The notes below the pieces were generated by a model. The model made no database searches. It was not told where the DNA came from and saw only the letters and a program-made list of their open reading frames with translations. This document shows positions 31,784-41,503 of a stretch of 64,000 nt of DNA, piece after piece; position 1 is the first letter of the stretch, and the number at the start of each line of letters is the position of its first letter. Source of the stretch: an uncultured Lachnospiraceae bacterium (GTDB taxonomy: Bacteria > Bacillota > Clostridia > Lachnospirales > Lachnospiraceae); the NCBI GenBank assembly GCA_946531495.1, contig CAMNAQ010000002.1, forward strand, positions 4,280 to 68,279. Direction: 5' to 3'. Position numbers and translations under genes: made by a program.

Positions 31784-33796
31784 ATGAATAGATTAAAAAG
31801 GCTGACAGCACTGTTATGTGCAGCGTCGATCACGGTCTTTTCCGGGTGCGGCGCGGCGATAACGGAGATGCCGGAAGGTACGGGTGATGAAGAACAGACT
31901 GCAGTCATTCCGGATCACATCAGGGCTCAGGATGATTTCTTCGGCTATGTGAATCTTGAAACACTCAGGAATGCAGAGTTCAAATACGGGGAATCGGTTG
32001 CGGGATCTGCATTTGACCAGAACCTGATCGAAGATCAGGTAAAGAGCGTGATAAACGATGTCATATCCGGAAACGGATACCCTGTCGGAACCGAAGAATA
32101 TGTCATCAAGACGGCATATGATCTTTTCAGCTCATATGATTTTGATAACGCAGCTGTTCCGGCATCCCTTGACAGTCTCCTTCATGAGATTGATGAAGCA
32201 TCTACCATCGATGAGCTTCTCGAGATTGATGTCAGGATCCAGAGGGACTGGGGTTGCAACGGAATTCTGAACATTGCCGTCACTCCCAATTATCTTGAGT
32301 CCGGGACCAACGTGCTGAGCTTCGGCCAGTATTCGGGGCTGTTTGATGCGGATTTTGAATCTTTGGATGAATCCTACAGCTCTCTTGATTCTCTCAAGGA
32401 AAAGGCAAGCATCGTTCTGCAGGCTATGGGACATGATAAGGATTATTCCGAAAATACAGGCAAGGAATTTGCTTATATCGTTATGGATCTGTACAATGCC
32501 ACGGATATGGATATAGTAAGATCAACAGCCAATCAGTATGAATACTTTAAGATTTATTCTGCTGACAGCATTAAGGATATCCTCACAAATGTGGAGCTTG
32601 ACGGTTATCTCAATAGCCTGGGATTTGACCTTAAGTATTGCGATGAATTCGGATTGATGGATCCAGGGCAGCTTGCCAAGCTGAATGAGATCATTGTGGC
32701 TGAAAATATTGATGTTCTGAAAACATGGGAACTGTGCAGTGTATGCAATACCTTTCAAAGATTTATCGTGAACGGATATGATTCCTTTTCCCAGTATAAA
32801 ACAGTGGACTATTCTTCCGACGAAGACCGCGTCATGAATGAGATCCTGATGGTTTACAGCTCACAGACGGATCCTCTGTATGTGGAAAGCTATTATTCAA
32901 GTTCTACAGACAGCGCACTTATCTCAATGTGCGATGACATAAAGGAAGGCTACAGAGAGCTGATATCTTCTGCCGACTGGCTCAGCAGCGGATCAAGGAG
33001 CAGTCTTCTTGAGAAGCTGGACAACATCATATATGTTACCGGAAGTGATATGACAAGACAGGATCCGGATGAATATAAGGAAGTAAGGGGCAGGGATTAT
33101 TTTGAGTTCTACCTTGCATATAAGATCAAGGACATAAGGGATCAGATCGGATCTCTTGGCAAGCCGCTGGACAGAAAGGACATACAGATGCCGATGCAGA
33201 TGTTCAATGCATGCTATGATCCTTCTCTTAATAATATAACCATAACAGTTGCCATAACCAATGCACCCTTCTTTGATGTGAAGGCAGATTACTATACCAA
33301 TCTCGGAGGACTTGGAATGGTGATCGCTCATGAGATGGGACATGCATTTGACAGTAACTGCATATTGTTCGATCAGGACGGAGCCTATAACCCTTCCTGG
33401 ATATCAAGTGCTGATGTAGATAAGCTTAATGACAGAAATGTGCAGGCAATAGATTATTTCGAGAATAAATTCACGGTATTCGGCGTTTATCACGTGGACG
33501 GTGAGCAGACCCTGGGTGAGAATTATGCAGACCTTGGGGGTATGGAATGCATCGTATCCCTTACGGAAAATGACGATCAGAGAAAGCATCTTTTTGAAAA
33601 CTACGCAAGGATCTGGTGTGAAAAGAAGGAAGCCTCCGCGCTGCTTGACCAGATTGAATATGATGCGCACAGTCCCGAAGTCATAAGAGTTAATGCCATT
33701 CTTTCCGCGATAGATGAATTCTATACCACATACCAGGTCTCACCGAGCGACGGCATGTATATTGCGCCCAATGACAGAATTTCAAGATGGCATTAA
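31784..33796 (+). CDS. M13-family metalloendopeptidase lipoprotein
   Basis: Lipobox FSGC, QDDFFGYVN, NACY, HEMGH, GENYAD, DAHSP. Confidence 0.9.
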   Translation: MNRLKRLTALLCAASITVFSGCGAAITEMPEGTGDEEQTAVIPDHIRAQDDFFGYVNLETLRNAEFKYGESVAGSAFDQNLIEDQVKSVINDVISGNGYPVGTEEYVIKTAYDLFSSYDFDNAAVPASLDSLLHEIDEASTIDELLEIDVRIQRDWGCNGILNIAVTPNYLESGTNVLSFGQYSGLFDADFESLDESYSSLDSLKEKASIVLQAMGHDKDYSENTGKEFAYIVMDLYNATDMDIVRSTANQYEYFKIYSADSIKDILTNVELDGYLNSLGFDLKYCDEFGLMDPGQLAKLNEIIVAENIDVLKTWELCSVCNTFQRFIVNGYDSFSQYKTVDYSSDEDRVMNEILMVYSSQTDPLYVESYYSSSTDSALISMCDDIKEGYRELISSADWLSSGSRSSLLEKLDNIIYVTGSDMTRQDPDEYKEVRGRDYFEFYLAYKIKDIRDQIGSLGKPLDRKDIQMPMQMFNACYDPSLNNITITVAITNAPFFDVKADYYTNLGGLGMVIAHEMGHAFDSNCILFDQDGAYNPSWISSADVDKLNDRNVQAIDYFENKFTVFGVYHVDGEQTLGENYADLGGMECIVSLTENDDQRKHLFENYARIWCEKKEASALLDQIEYDAHSPEVIRVNAILSAIDEFYTTYQVSPSDGMYIAPNDRISRWH

Positions 33797-33811
33797 AGGC
33801 AGGGGAGTAAA

Positions 33812-36286
33812 ATGAACATAATATTAAAAACAACACTTAAAAATACATTCGGAAAACCGCTAAGATCCATTCTGGTCATCTTTTCCATATTTGTATGCGC
33901 CTTTGCCGCATTGTTCTGCTTTGACCTGGCCCAGACCGAAAAGGGCCTTGTGGGTTATCTGTTCAGTTCAATGAGCGGAGAGGCTGATATAATGGCCTAT
34001 TCATATACCGCAGATATTTCGGCTCTTCCCGAAGAGCTTCCCGAAAGTCAGACTCTGGTAGTGAGATCTTTCACCAATCCTATTTATTTGGATGTTCCCG
34101 ATGCATATTATCTTGTCACTTCAGATTCACTCACCATATACGGTGTGGATGCGAACCTTGCGTCATCCATGGGATATATAAAGGATGTAATCCCCGGTGA
34201 TATGGAGATCGTTCTGACAGATAAGTATACATCCGATTTCGGAGTGGAAGTCGGTGACACCATAAGCGTATATGATATGGCCGGTAACCCTGTTGAACTT
34301 ACTGTTGTGGGAATCGCCCGTGATGATGCCAAAAATCTCCTGTTCAGAGGTTACAGCGGTGCCGTAAATGATGCTACGGCAGATATCCTTTCCTGCGGAA
34401 AGCCTGTAAGCGGTGCATTCATGATCAATATCCTTGATGATACGAGGATCGATGCAGCCGAGGAAATGCTTAAGGAAGAATTCAAATCGGAGAATGTTCA
34501 GCGTTTTGCGCTTACCGATGATATGGAAGATATGATGAACGAACTGTTCGGACTGCTCTTCATACTCTTTGCCATCGCATTCCTTTTGGTCATTTTTATA
34601 ACCTTCTCCATATGTGAGAGGATAGTCAGCGAGAGAATGTCATATATCGGTACGCTCAGGAGTCTCGGTATGAGCCCCCGCAGCACAGCCGGAATCCTTC
34701 TCCTTGAGAATGTGATGTATGCACTTCTCGGAAGCATCCCCGGAGTACTTCTGTATCTGGCTATCAGGGGACCTATGATGTCGGTGCTTTTCGATGTATC
34801 AACCGCCACGGGTATGGTTATGGAGCTGGAAATTCCTTCTATATCCAAAGCACTTGTGATCGGAACGATTCTCGGTGCAATAGCCATAGAGTGCCTGATC
34901 CCTCTCAAAGCCGTTCTCAGGGCTCTTAAGATATCCATAAGAGATATCATCTTTGATAACAGAGATACCGAATACAAATTCAGCAAAAGCGGGATCATCA
35001 CAGGATGCGTAATGGCAGTCGTGGCATTCATAGCAGCTTTGATCCCGGGAGGACTATTCAGTGCGGCTGTATGCCTTATCGCAGCCGTGATGGCTGTTGC
35101 CTTTCTCTTCCCTGTGGTATTAAAGGGCGCCGCAAACGGAATATGTACTCTTTCCGAAAAACTGGGTAAAGAGAAGATGTCCCTTGCATCAAGAGAAGCT
35201 ATCTCAAGAAAGAGCACGGTGGGAAGCGGAGTGCTTTGTGCAACATCGGTCACCATGTGCGTTCTTGTCTACATTGTAGCAACATCAATGAACGGAATGC
35301 TGGTGTCCGATATATATGACTGCGATGTCGTTGTGGATGTTGCTTCAACCGGTATGCCCAAGCACTTTTCCTTTGTTGAACACTTGGATGGCGTAACGGA
35401 AACGGAATATGTCTATCAGATGCTGGACTACGTTTATCTTGAGGATGTGGAGTATGAGAAGACTGCCCAGTTCTTCGGTATCCCTGAGGGGGGATATGAT
35501 ATGTTCCTTGCACTATACGATCTTCCGGATGTCATAGAAGACGGAACGATCTATATAGAAAAAAACTGGGCCAGGAATAACGGTTATTCCGTCGGAGATC
35601 CGCTGACGATCACATTCCATCCATCGGGAGTGTTTCCTATAAAAAAGGTCTATACTGTTGCAGGCTTTTTCAAAGTTGAAAATTATGAAGCCATGAAGAA
35701 CAATTTTGCCATGTCTGAAAGCGACTTTATCTCCATATATCATGATTCTCCCGGATATCTTATGGTAAGGAGTGATGATCCGGAAAAAACAAGAGATGAG
35801 ATCAGGAGATATGCTGTAGGAAACTGTACAGACAGCAGAACCGTGCAGGATATAGTGGATGATTTCAATGAAGATAATGCCCAGTCAAACAGGATACTTT
35901 CGGTAGTCATTGCCATTGCGATGATCATGACATGTATCGGTATGATCAGTAATCAGATCATCGGATTCGAAGGAAGAAAGAAGGAGTGCGCGGTAATGAT
36001 CTCTACCTCAATGAGCAGAAAGACGCTCTCGGGAATCCTGCTCAGGGAAATGCTAATAACATCTTTTACGGCATCGACCTTTGGAGTAGCTGTCTCAACT
36101 CTTCTGATCGTGGTATTAAAGAGGGCTTTTGAAATGGCCGAGAATGTTTATCTGATCATTGATATCAATCCCGGAGTCGTATTTAAATTCTGGATACTGA
36201 TGACGATCGTATTTACCCTGACAGTACTGTTCCCGATCAAGAATCTTAGGAAGATGAAGCTGTCGGAACAGCTTAAATACGAATAA
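33812..36286 (+). CDS. FtsX-like (MacB/BceB-type) ABC transporter permease
   Basis: 824 aa duplicated architecture; ERMSYIGTLRSLG FtsX motif. Confidence 0.88.
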   Translation: MNIILKTTLKNTFGKPLRSILVIFSIFVCAFAALFCFDLAQTEKGLVGYLFSSMSGEADIMAYSYTADISALPEELPESQTLVVRSFTNPIYLDVPDAYYLVTSDSLTIYGVDANLASSMGYIKDVIPGDMEIVLTDKYTSDFGVEVGDTISVYDMAGNPVELTVVGIARDDAKNLLFRGYSGAVNDATADILSCGKPVSGAFMINILDDTRIDAAEEMLKEEFKSENVQRFALTDDMEDMMNELFGLLFILFAIAFLLVIFITFSICERIVSERMSYIGTLRSLGMSPRSTAGILLLENVMYALLGSIPGVLLYLAIRGPMMSVLFDVSTATGMVMELEIPSISKALVIGTILGAIAIECLIPLKAVLRALKISIRDIIFDNRDTEYKFSKSGIITGCVMAVVAFIAALIPGGLFSAAVCLIAAVMAVAFLFPVVLKGAANGICTLSEKLGKEKMSLASREAISRKSTVGSGVLCATSVTMCVLVYIVATSMNGMLVSDIYDCDVVVDVASTGMPKHFSFVEHLDGVTETEYVYQMLDYVYLEDVEYEKTAQFFGIPEGGYDMFLALYDLPDVIEDGTIYIEKNWARNNGYSVGDPLTITFHPSGVFPIKKVYTVAGFFKVENYEAMKNNFAMSESDFISIYHDSPGYLMVRSDDPEKTRDEIRRYAVGNCTDSRTVQDIVDDFNEDNAQSNRILSVVIAIAMIMTCIGMISNQIIGFEGRKKECAVMISTSMSRKTLSGILLREMLITSFTASTFGVAVSTLLIVVLKRAFEMAENVYLIIDINPGVVFKFWILMTIVFTLTVLFPIKNLRKMKLSEQLKYE

Positions 36287-36339
36287 TGACGGATATGTCA
36301 CAAATTTCAACATCACATTTTTATCAGGGAGATCAATAT

Positions 36340-37014
36340 ATGAATACCGTAATCGAAGTAAGTAATGTAAGCAAGACATTCGGAAAAGGAAGCAATATAA
36401 ATAAGGTTTTGGACGAGGCATGCATGTATGTGAGCGAGGGAGAGTTTGTCTCTCTCATGGGTGCATCGGGATCCGGCAAGTCGACTCTTCTCTATCTTAT
36501 CGGCGGGCTTGACAGAAACTTTGAGGGAAAGATCACTCTGTGCGGAGAGGATATCGGAGCGCTTAAGGAAAATAAGCTCTCCAAGCTCAGGCTTTCCAAG
36601 CTCGGATTCGTGTTCCAGTTTTACAATCTTGTAATGAATCTTAATGTTGAAGACAACATTCTTCTTCCTGCCACCATAAACGGCAGAAAGAAAAGCGAGC
36701 TTAAGAAGGAGCTTGACGAGATCTTGGAGATCACCGGTCTTACCGAAAAGAGAAAGGCAATGCCCTCAACGCTTTCCGGAGGACAGCAGCAGAGAGTGGC
36801 CATCGCAAGAGCGATCCTCGGAAGTCCCGCAGTGATCCTTGCCGATGAACCCACAGGTAATCTTGATTCCAAGTCATCCAGGGAGATCATGGAGCTGTTT
36901 AAAAAGCTTAATGAGGAAAAGAAGATGACCATCCTTCAGGTGACGCACTCCGAAAAGTGTGCATCCTACGGAACCAGGACCATAGTTCTTGAAAATGGCA
37001 AAACGGTGGGGTGA
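36340..37014 (+). CDS. ABC transporter ATP-binding protein (LolD/MacB-like)
   Basis: [30 protein letters not shown]. Confidence 0.95.
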   Translation: MNTVIEVSNVSKTFGKGSNINKVLDEACMYVSEGEFVSLMGASGSGKSTLLYLIGGLDRNFEGKITLCGEDIGALKENKLSKLRLSKLGFVFQFYNLVMNLNVEDNILLPATINGRKKSELKKELDEILEITGLTEKRKAMPSTLSGGQQQRVAIARAILGSPAVILADEPTGNLDSKSSREIMELFKKLNEEKKMTILQVTHSEKCASYGTRTIVLENGKTVG

Positions 37015-37220
37015 AATATACTCTTTTTACCTAAATATGATAAACTTATCAGGAGCTGTTAATTTGCGGCAGATTCTGAAAGGATGAGCGATTGGCAGCC
37101 ATATGACGGATATAGATCTGTGGCTGCCGATTTTTGATGTGATACGGACATGTCCGATCATTTAAAACGGATCAGGTCATGAATGAACTTATGGGGCCCT
37201 CAGGCCTGCGGGGAGCTATT

Positions 37221-37931
37221 ATGCGCATCGCGATAGTCGATGATGAAAGTGTCTTCAGAAAACAGATAACGGAATCGATCTATTCGCTTTACGGAAAGGG
37301 AGATGTAAGCTGCTTTCACTATGCGGACGGGAAGGAACTGATCGCCGCCTTTGAGAACGGCTTTGAGCTTGATGCCGTATTTCTGGATATTGAGATGAAA
37401 AAAATGGATGGAATGGAGACAGCGAGAGCCATACGAACATATTCCGATTCCATCCCGATAATCTTTATGACAAGCCATACCGAAATGGCAATGGACGGAT
37501 ATGAGGTCGGTGCGTTCAGATTCCTCGGAAAGCCAGTTGAGCTGGAGAAGCTGAGGGAGGCTCTTAAGGATCTTGAAAAGAAACTGAAGGTTGAAGAAAA
37601 GCTCGCGCTTAAGGTGGAGGGAGAAGAGGTTATATATCCGGTCTCTTCACTTGTATATTCAGAGGCATCCAATAACTTTGTGAGATTTGTTTTTTCCGGA
37701 GATACGGTGGAGACAAGGATGAAATTTGCCGATGCGGCATCGCTTATAGACAGCGTTTCGGCGGATTTCTTCAAATGCCACAGATCCTATTATATCAATC
37801 TTGGTCATGTAAAGAAGATGGGGACTGCAGAGGTTCTCATGGATAACGGAGATATCATTCCCATTTCAAGGGGGCTGGGCCCAGTGGCAAAACAGAAGCT
37901 TTTCGAATATATAAGGAGGACCGGAAGATGA
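37221..37931 (+). CDS. LytTR-family response regulator
   Basis: IAIVDDE, FLDIEM, KP, FFKCHRSYYIN. Confidence 0.93.
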   Translation: MRIAIVDDESVFRKQITESIYSLYGKGDVSCFHYADGKELIAAFENGFELDAVFLDIEMKKMDGMETARAIRTYSDSIPIIFMTSHTEMAMDGYEVGAFRFLGKPVELEKLREALKDLEKKLKVEEKLALKVEGEEVIYPVSSLVYSEASNNFVRFVFSGDTVETRMKFADAASLIDSVSADFFKCHRSYYINLGHVKKMGTAEVLMDNGDIIPISRGLGPVAKQKLFEYIRRTGR

Positions 37932-39301
37932 ACGATCCTCTTATCATGAATATATGCTATTGCATAGTTGTCGCTCTTCCCACGATGCTGGCGGCTCCCT
38001 TGAATGTGTATTTCATATCCGATGTCCTAAGGTATGAGATAAAGAGAAAGACGACAGCATATATCCTTTCAGTTGTTCTCGGCGGATTGGCCGGGGTAGC
38101 TTTTGCGATAACGGGATTTTCGAAGGACGCGGGCTCCGGCATAATATCCGGAGTTGCGATGGTTTTTTCGTCTTTTACGCTCCTCATATATCTTGGCTTT
38201 AACATGGTTGAGAAGAAGTGGAAGAGATTCCTTCTGGTCTTCTTTTCAATGGATATACTGACTGATCTGAATACCATGATCGGCGGACTGAGGACCGTGA
38301 TCTTCGGAAAATATGAGTGGAATGGGAACTTGCGGTTAATGATCACTGAGACGGTATATTCCCTTCCTGCCATACTTGTGGAATTTCTGCTGTTTTTTCT
38401 TATAGCAGGAATGCGAAGGAAGAGGGATGATGTTCCACTGCCGCTTTCGATCATCATAGGCCTCTGCATGCTTTTGAACATCTTCACCATGTTCATGCCG
38501 GAGCAGTTTGCTGAAGATGATGTCCTTCCGGTGGACAGACCTGTTCGTATTGTTCTGATGCTTTCTGCATTGGCATTTGTCACCCTTGTTTTTTACATAA
38601 GAGTTGCCAGAAAGGAACGGGACGATCTGGCTGAGATGAACCGCATCAATGAAGAACTGATCGAATCCGAGACCAGATATTTTGAAAGCACCGCCGATGC
38701 AAACAATAAGATCCGTGCCATGAAGCATGACATGAAGAACAATACACAGGTGCTTCTTTTGCTTCTTGAAAACAGGGAATATGACAAGATGCGTGAATAC
38801 CTGGAGGAGATGGGACAAAATATTATCAGTGCGGATATAAGCGCTCATACAGGCAATACCATTGCCGACGCCATCATCTCGGAGAAGAAGGACGATGCGG
38901 AGAAAAAGGGTATCACATTAAAGGTCTCCGGCACCATAACAGGAGTGGAGTTTACTCCGGTGGATATGTGTAAGATACTTGCAAACATGCTTGATAATGC
39001 CATCGAGGCTGTTTCCGATGAAAGATTCTGCGATCTTGATCCATCCTACAAGGTAGTGGATCTTAAGTTCAAGCGAACCGAGAAGTTCTTTATGATCACT
39101 CAGACAAATCCCTGCGTAGAAAAGCCAGACATAAGAGAAGGGATCATACAGACAATAAAAGCAGACGTTCTGAATCACGGATTTGGAATAAAGAGCATCA
39201 AAGATGCGGCTGCAGCCTATGGCGGAGAATTATCGCTGGAATGTTTTCAGAAGCCTTACGGATATGAATTCCGTACCGAATTGCTGTTTCCTGTAGATTA
39301 G
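37928..39301 (+). CDS. AgrC-like GHKL membrane sensor histidine kinase
   Basis: About 6 TM, KHDMKN H-box, NMLDNAIEA, HGFGIKSI. Confidence 0.9.
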   Translation: MNDPLIMNICYCIVVALPTMLAAPLNVYFISDVLRYEIKRKTTAYILSVVLGGLAGVAFAITGFSKDAGSGIISGVAMVFSSFTLLIYLGFNMVEKKWKRFLLVFFSMDILTDLNTMIGGLRTVIFGKYEWNGNLRLMITETVYSLPAILVEFLLFFLIAGMRRKRDDVPLPLSIIIGLCMLLNIFTMFMPEQFAEDDVLPVDRPVRIVLMLSALAFVTLVFYIRVARKERDDLAEMNRINEELIESETRYFESTADANNKIRAMKHDMKNNTQVLLLLLENREYDKMREYLEEMGQNIISADISAHTGNTIADAIISEKKDDAEKKGITLKVSGTITGVEFTPVDMCKILANMLDNAIEAVSDERFCDLDPSYKVVDLKFKRTEKFFMITQTNPCVEKPDIREGIIQTIKADVLNHGFGIKSIKDAAAAYGGELSLECFQKPYGYEFRTELLFPVD

Positions 39302-39349
39302 TAAAACCGAAAAAAACACGGAAGACGAAATAAAAATTTTGGAGTAGAT

Positions 39350-41500
39350 ATGGCAAGATCTTTTACTAAAAACGATGCGGTTCGTATTACAGCTGAGCAC
39401 AGCCGGCTGCTGGAGGAGCTGCAGAGCATCGGAAATTGCACGGATCTTTATAAGGAAAATGTAAAAAAGGCAGCGGACGAACTGGTTGTCTATGAAGTGC
39501 TGAAGATACTCAAAGATATTCCGATAGATGAACTGAACCGTGAGGGCGCGGGACTTCGCATCAAGAACCTGAAGGATTCCGGGTTTTATACGATCGCGGA
39601 TGTGGCATCTGAGGGCACATACCAGCTTGCATCAGTTGACGGGATAAGCGAGAACGGAGCACGTGTCATAAAACGGATGACTCAGGAATTTACCGATCGT
39701 GCAAGAAAGGATCTTCGTATTAAGATAAGCAGCGACTCCAGAACGGAAAAAACCACATCGCTTATCTGCTCTGTATATAAATACAGGATCTGTAAGACTC
39801 TGGCAGATGAAGCGTCGGGTCTTGTATATGAGAACTCAAGAAAGATCGGGTACGATATAGATGATCTTGAGCCTTCGAAGGGTACATTCAAGTGGATCTT
39901 TTCATCATCTGCCGCAAAGAAAAAGGCTGAAAGCTCGTATAGTGAACTTTCCGAAATGCTTCGCGCAGAGTATGGTACAAAGGCGTATGATCTGTGCGAA
40001 AGAAAGCGTAAGCTTGATAACACGGATGAAAGCACTGCATGGAATGATTTCAAAGAAGATTCCATCTCGTATCTTACAACTCTTGAGGATCTGTGTCCTG
40101 GACTTCTCGGAAGCTCCGAGGAAGTCTATGGCCTTCCCGAGGAACTGGCAAAAGAAATATCTGCAGAAGATTATCATAATGACGGACTTCTGTGCACACT
40201 TAGAAGATACCAGGAATGGGGAGTTAAATATGTACTCCATCAGGGCAGGGTTTTGCTTGGAGATGAGATGGGTCTCGGTAAAACCATTCAGGCAATTGCG
40301 GCAATGGTCTCGCTAAAAAACACCGGGGCAACACATTTTATCGTAGTATGTCCCGCGAGCGTTCTGACAAACTGGTGCAGGGAGATAAGAAAGCATTCTA
40401 CTCTTTCCGTGACAAAGGTGCACGGAAATGAACGTGATGCGGCGCTTGCATCATGGATGCAGCTTGGAGATGTTGCGGTAACTACCTATGAGACAACATC
40501 GAGATTTAAGCTTGATCCGGATTTTAAATATGACATGCTTGTCGTTGACGAGGCGCATTATATAAAGAATCCTTCGGCCGCAAGGACTAGGAATGTGAAG
40601 GAACTGAGTGCCCATGCGGAAAGAATGCTGTTCATGACCGGCACGGCACTTGAAAATAATGTTGACGAAATGATCTCTCTGATAGGTATTTTGCAGCCCG
40701 AAGTAGCATCTTCCGTAAAGAACATGGCCTTTATGTCTAATGCACCGCAGTTCAGGGAAAAGGTTGCACCTGTTTACTACAGGAGAAAACGGGATCAGGT
40801 TCTTTCCGAGCTTCCCGATCTCATCGAAAATATGGAATGGTGTTCCATGACACCGCAGGAAGAAGAGGTATATGTTAAGACACTTTATTCCGGGAATCTT
40901 ATGGCTGTAAGAAGAGTATCGTGGAATGTGGAGGATCTGCAGTATTCATCTAAGGCAAACCGTCTTAAGGAGATCGTCCGGGATGCAGGAGAAGATGAAC
41001 GTAAGGTTATTGTATTTTCTTTCTTCCTCGATACGCTGAAGGCTGTTTGTGATGTTCTCGGCGATGTATGCACAGAGCCTATAAACGGATCTGTTCCTCC
41101 GACGCGCAGACAGGAGATCATAGACGAATTCGATAAAGCACCTGCGGGATCCGTTCTCCCGGCACAGATAATCTCCGGAGGAACGGGCCTGAATATACAG
41201 TCTGCAAGTGTTGTTGTTATATGTGAGCCGCAGTATAAGCCGTCAACCGAAAATCAGGCAATATCCAGGGCGTACCGGATGGGACAGGCCAGAAACGTGA
41301 TCGTGTACAGACTTTTGAGCGATGAGACCGTTGATGAACGTATACTTGAGATCCTTGAGAGAAAGCAGAAGGAATTTGATGCTTTCGCAGACAAGTCCGT
41401 TGCAGGAGAAGAGAGCATAGAGCTTGATGAGAAGGAAATGGGAGATATAATCGGAGCGGAGATCGAGAGGATCAAAGCTTCAAAGGCTGAAGGAGTGTGA
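39350..41500 (+). CDS. SNF2-family (DEAH) helicase
   Basis: LGDEMGLGKT, VVDEAH, MTGTALEN, GGTGLN, QAISRAYRMGQ. Confidence 0.9.
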   Translation: MARSFTKNDAVRITAEHSRLLEELQSIGNCTDLYKENVKKAADELVVYEVLKILKDIPIDELNREGAGLRIKNLKDSGFYTIADVASEGTYQLASVDGISENGARVIKRMTQEFTDRARKDLRIKISSDSRTEKTTSLICSVYKYRICKTLADEASGLVYENSRKIGYDIDDLEPSKGTFKWIFSSSAAKKKAESSYSELSEMLRAEYGTKAYDLCERKRKLDNTDESTAWNDFKEDSISYLTTLEDLCPGLLGSSEEVYGLPEELAKEISAEDYHNDGLLCTLRRYQEWGVKYVLHQGRVLLGDEMGLGKTIQAIAAMVSLKNTGATHFIVVCPASVLTNWCREIRKHSTLSVTKVHGNERDAALASWMQLGDVAVTTYETTSRFKLDPDFKYDMLVVDEAHYIKNPSAARTRNVKELSAHAERMLFMTGTALENNVDEMISLIGILQPEVASSVKNMAFMSNAPQFREKVAPVYYRRKRDQVLSELPDLIENMEWCSMTPQEEEVYVKTLYSGNLMAVRRVSWNVEDLQYSSKANRLKEIVRDAGEDERKVIVFSFFLDTLKAVCDVLGDVCTEPINGSVPPTRRQEIIDEFDKAPAGSVLPAQIISGGTGLNIQSASVVVICEPQYKPSTENQAISRAYRMGQARNVIVYRLLSDETVDERILEILERKQKEFDAFADKSVAGEESIELDEKEMGDIIGAEIERIKASKAEGV

Positions 41501-41503
41501 TAT

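Noticed and set aside
37084-37165. Short ORFs (MSDWQPYDGYRSVAADF; MTDIDLWLPIFDVIRTCPII) as an AgrD-like autoinducer
   Set aside because: No properly spaced RBS, no AgrD-like architecture and no agrB; the region is equally explained by a GGCAGCCA/TGGCTGCC hairpin.
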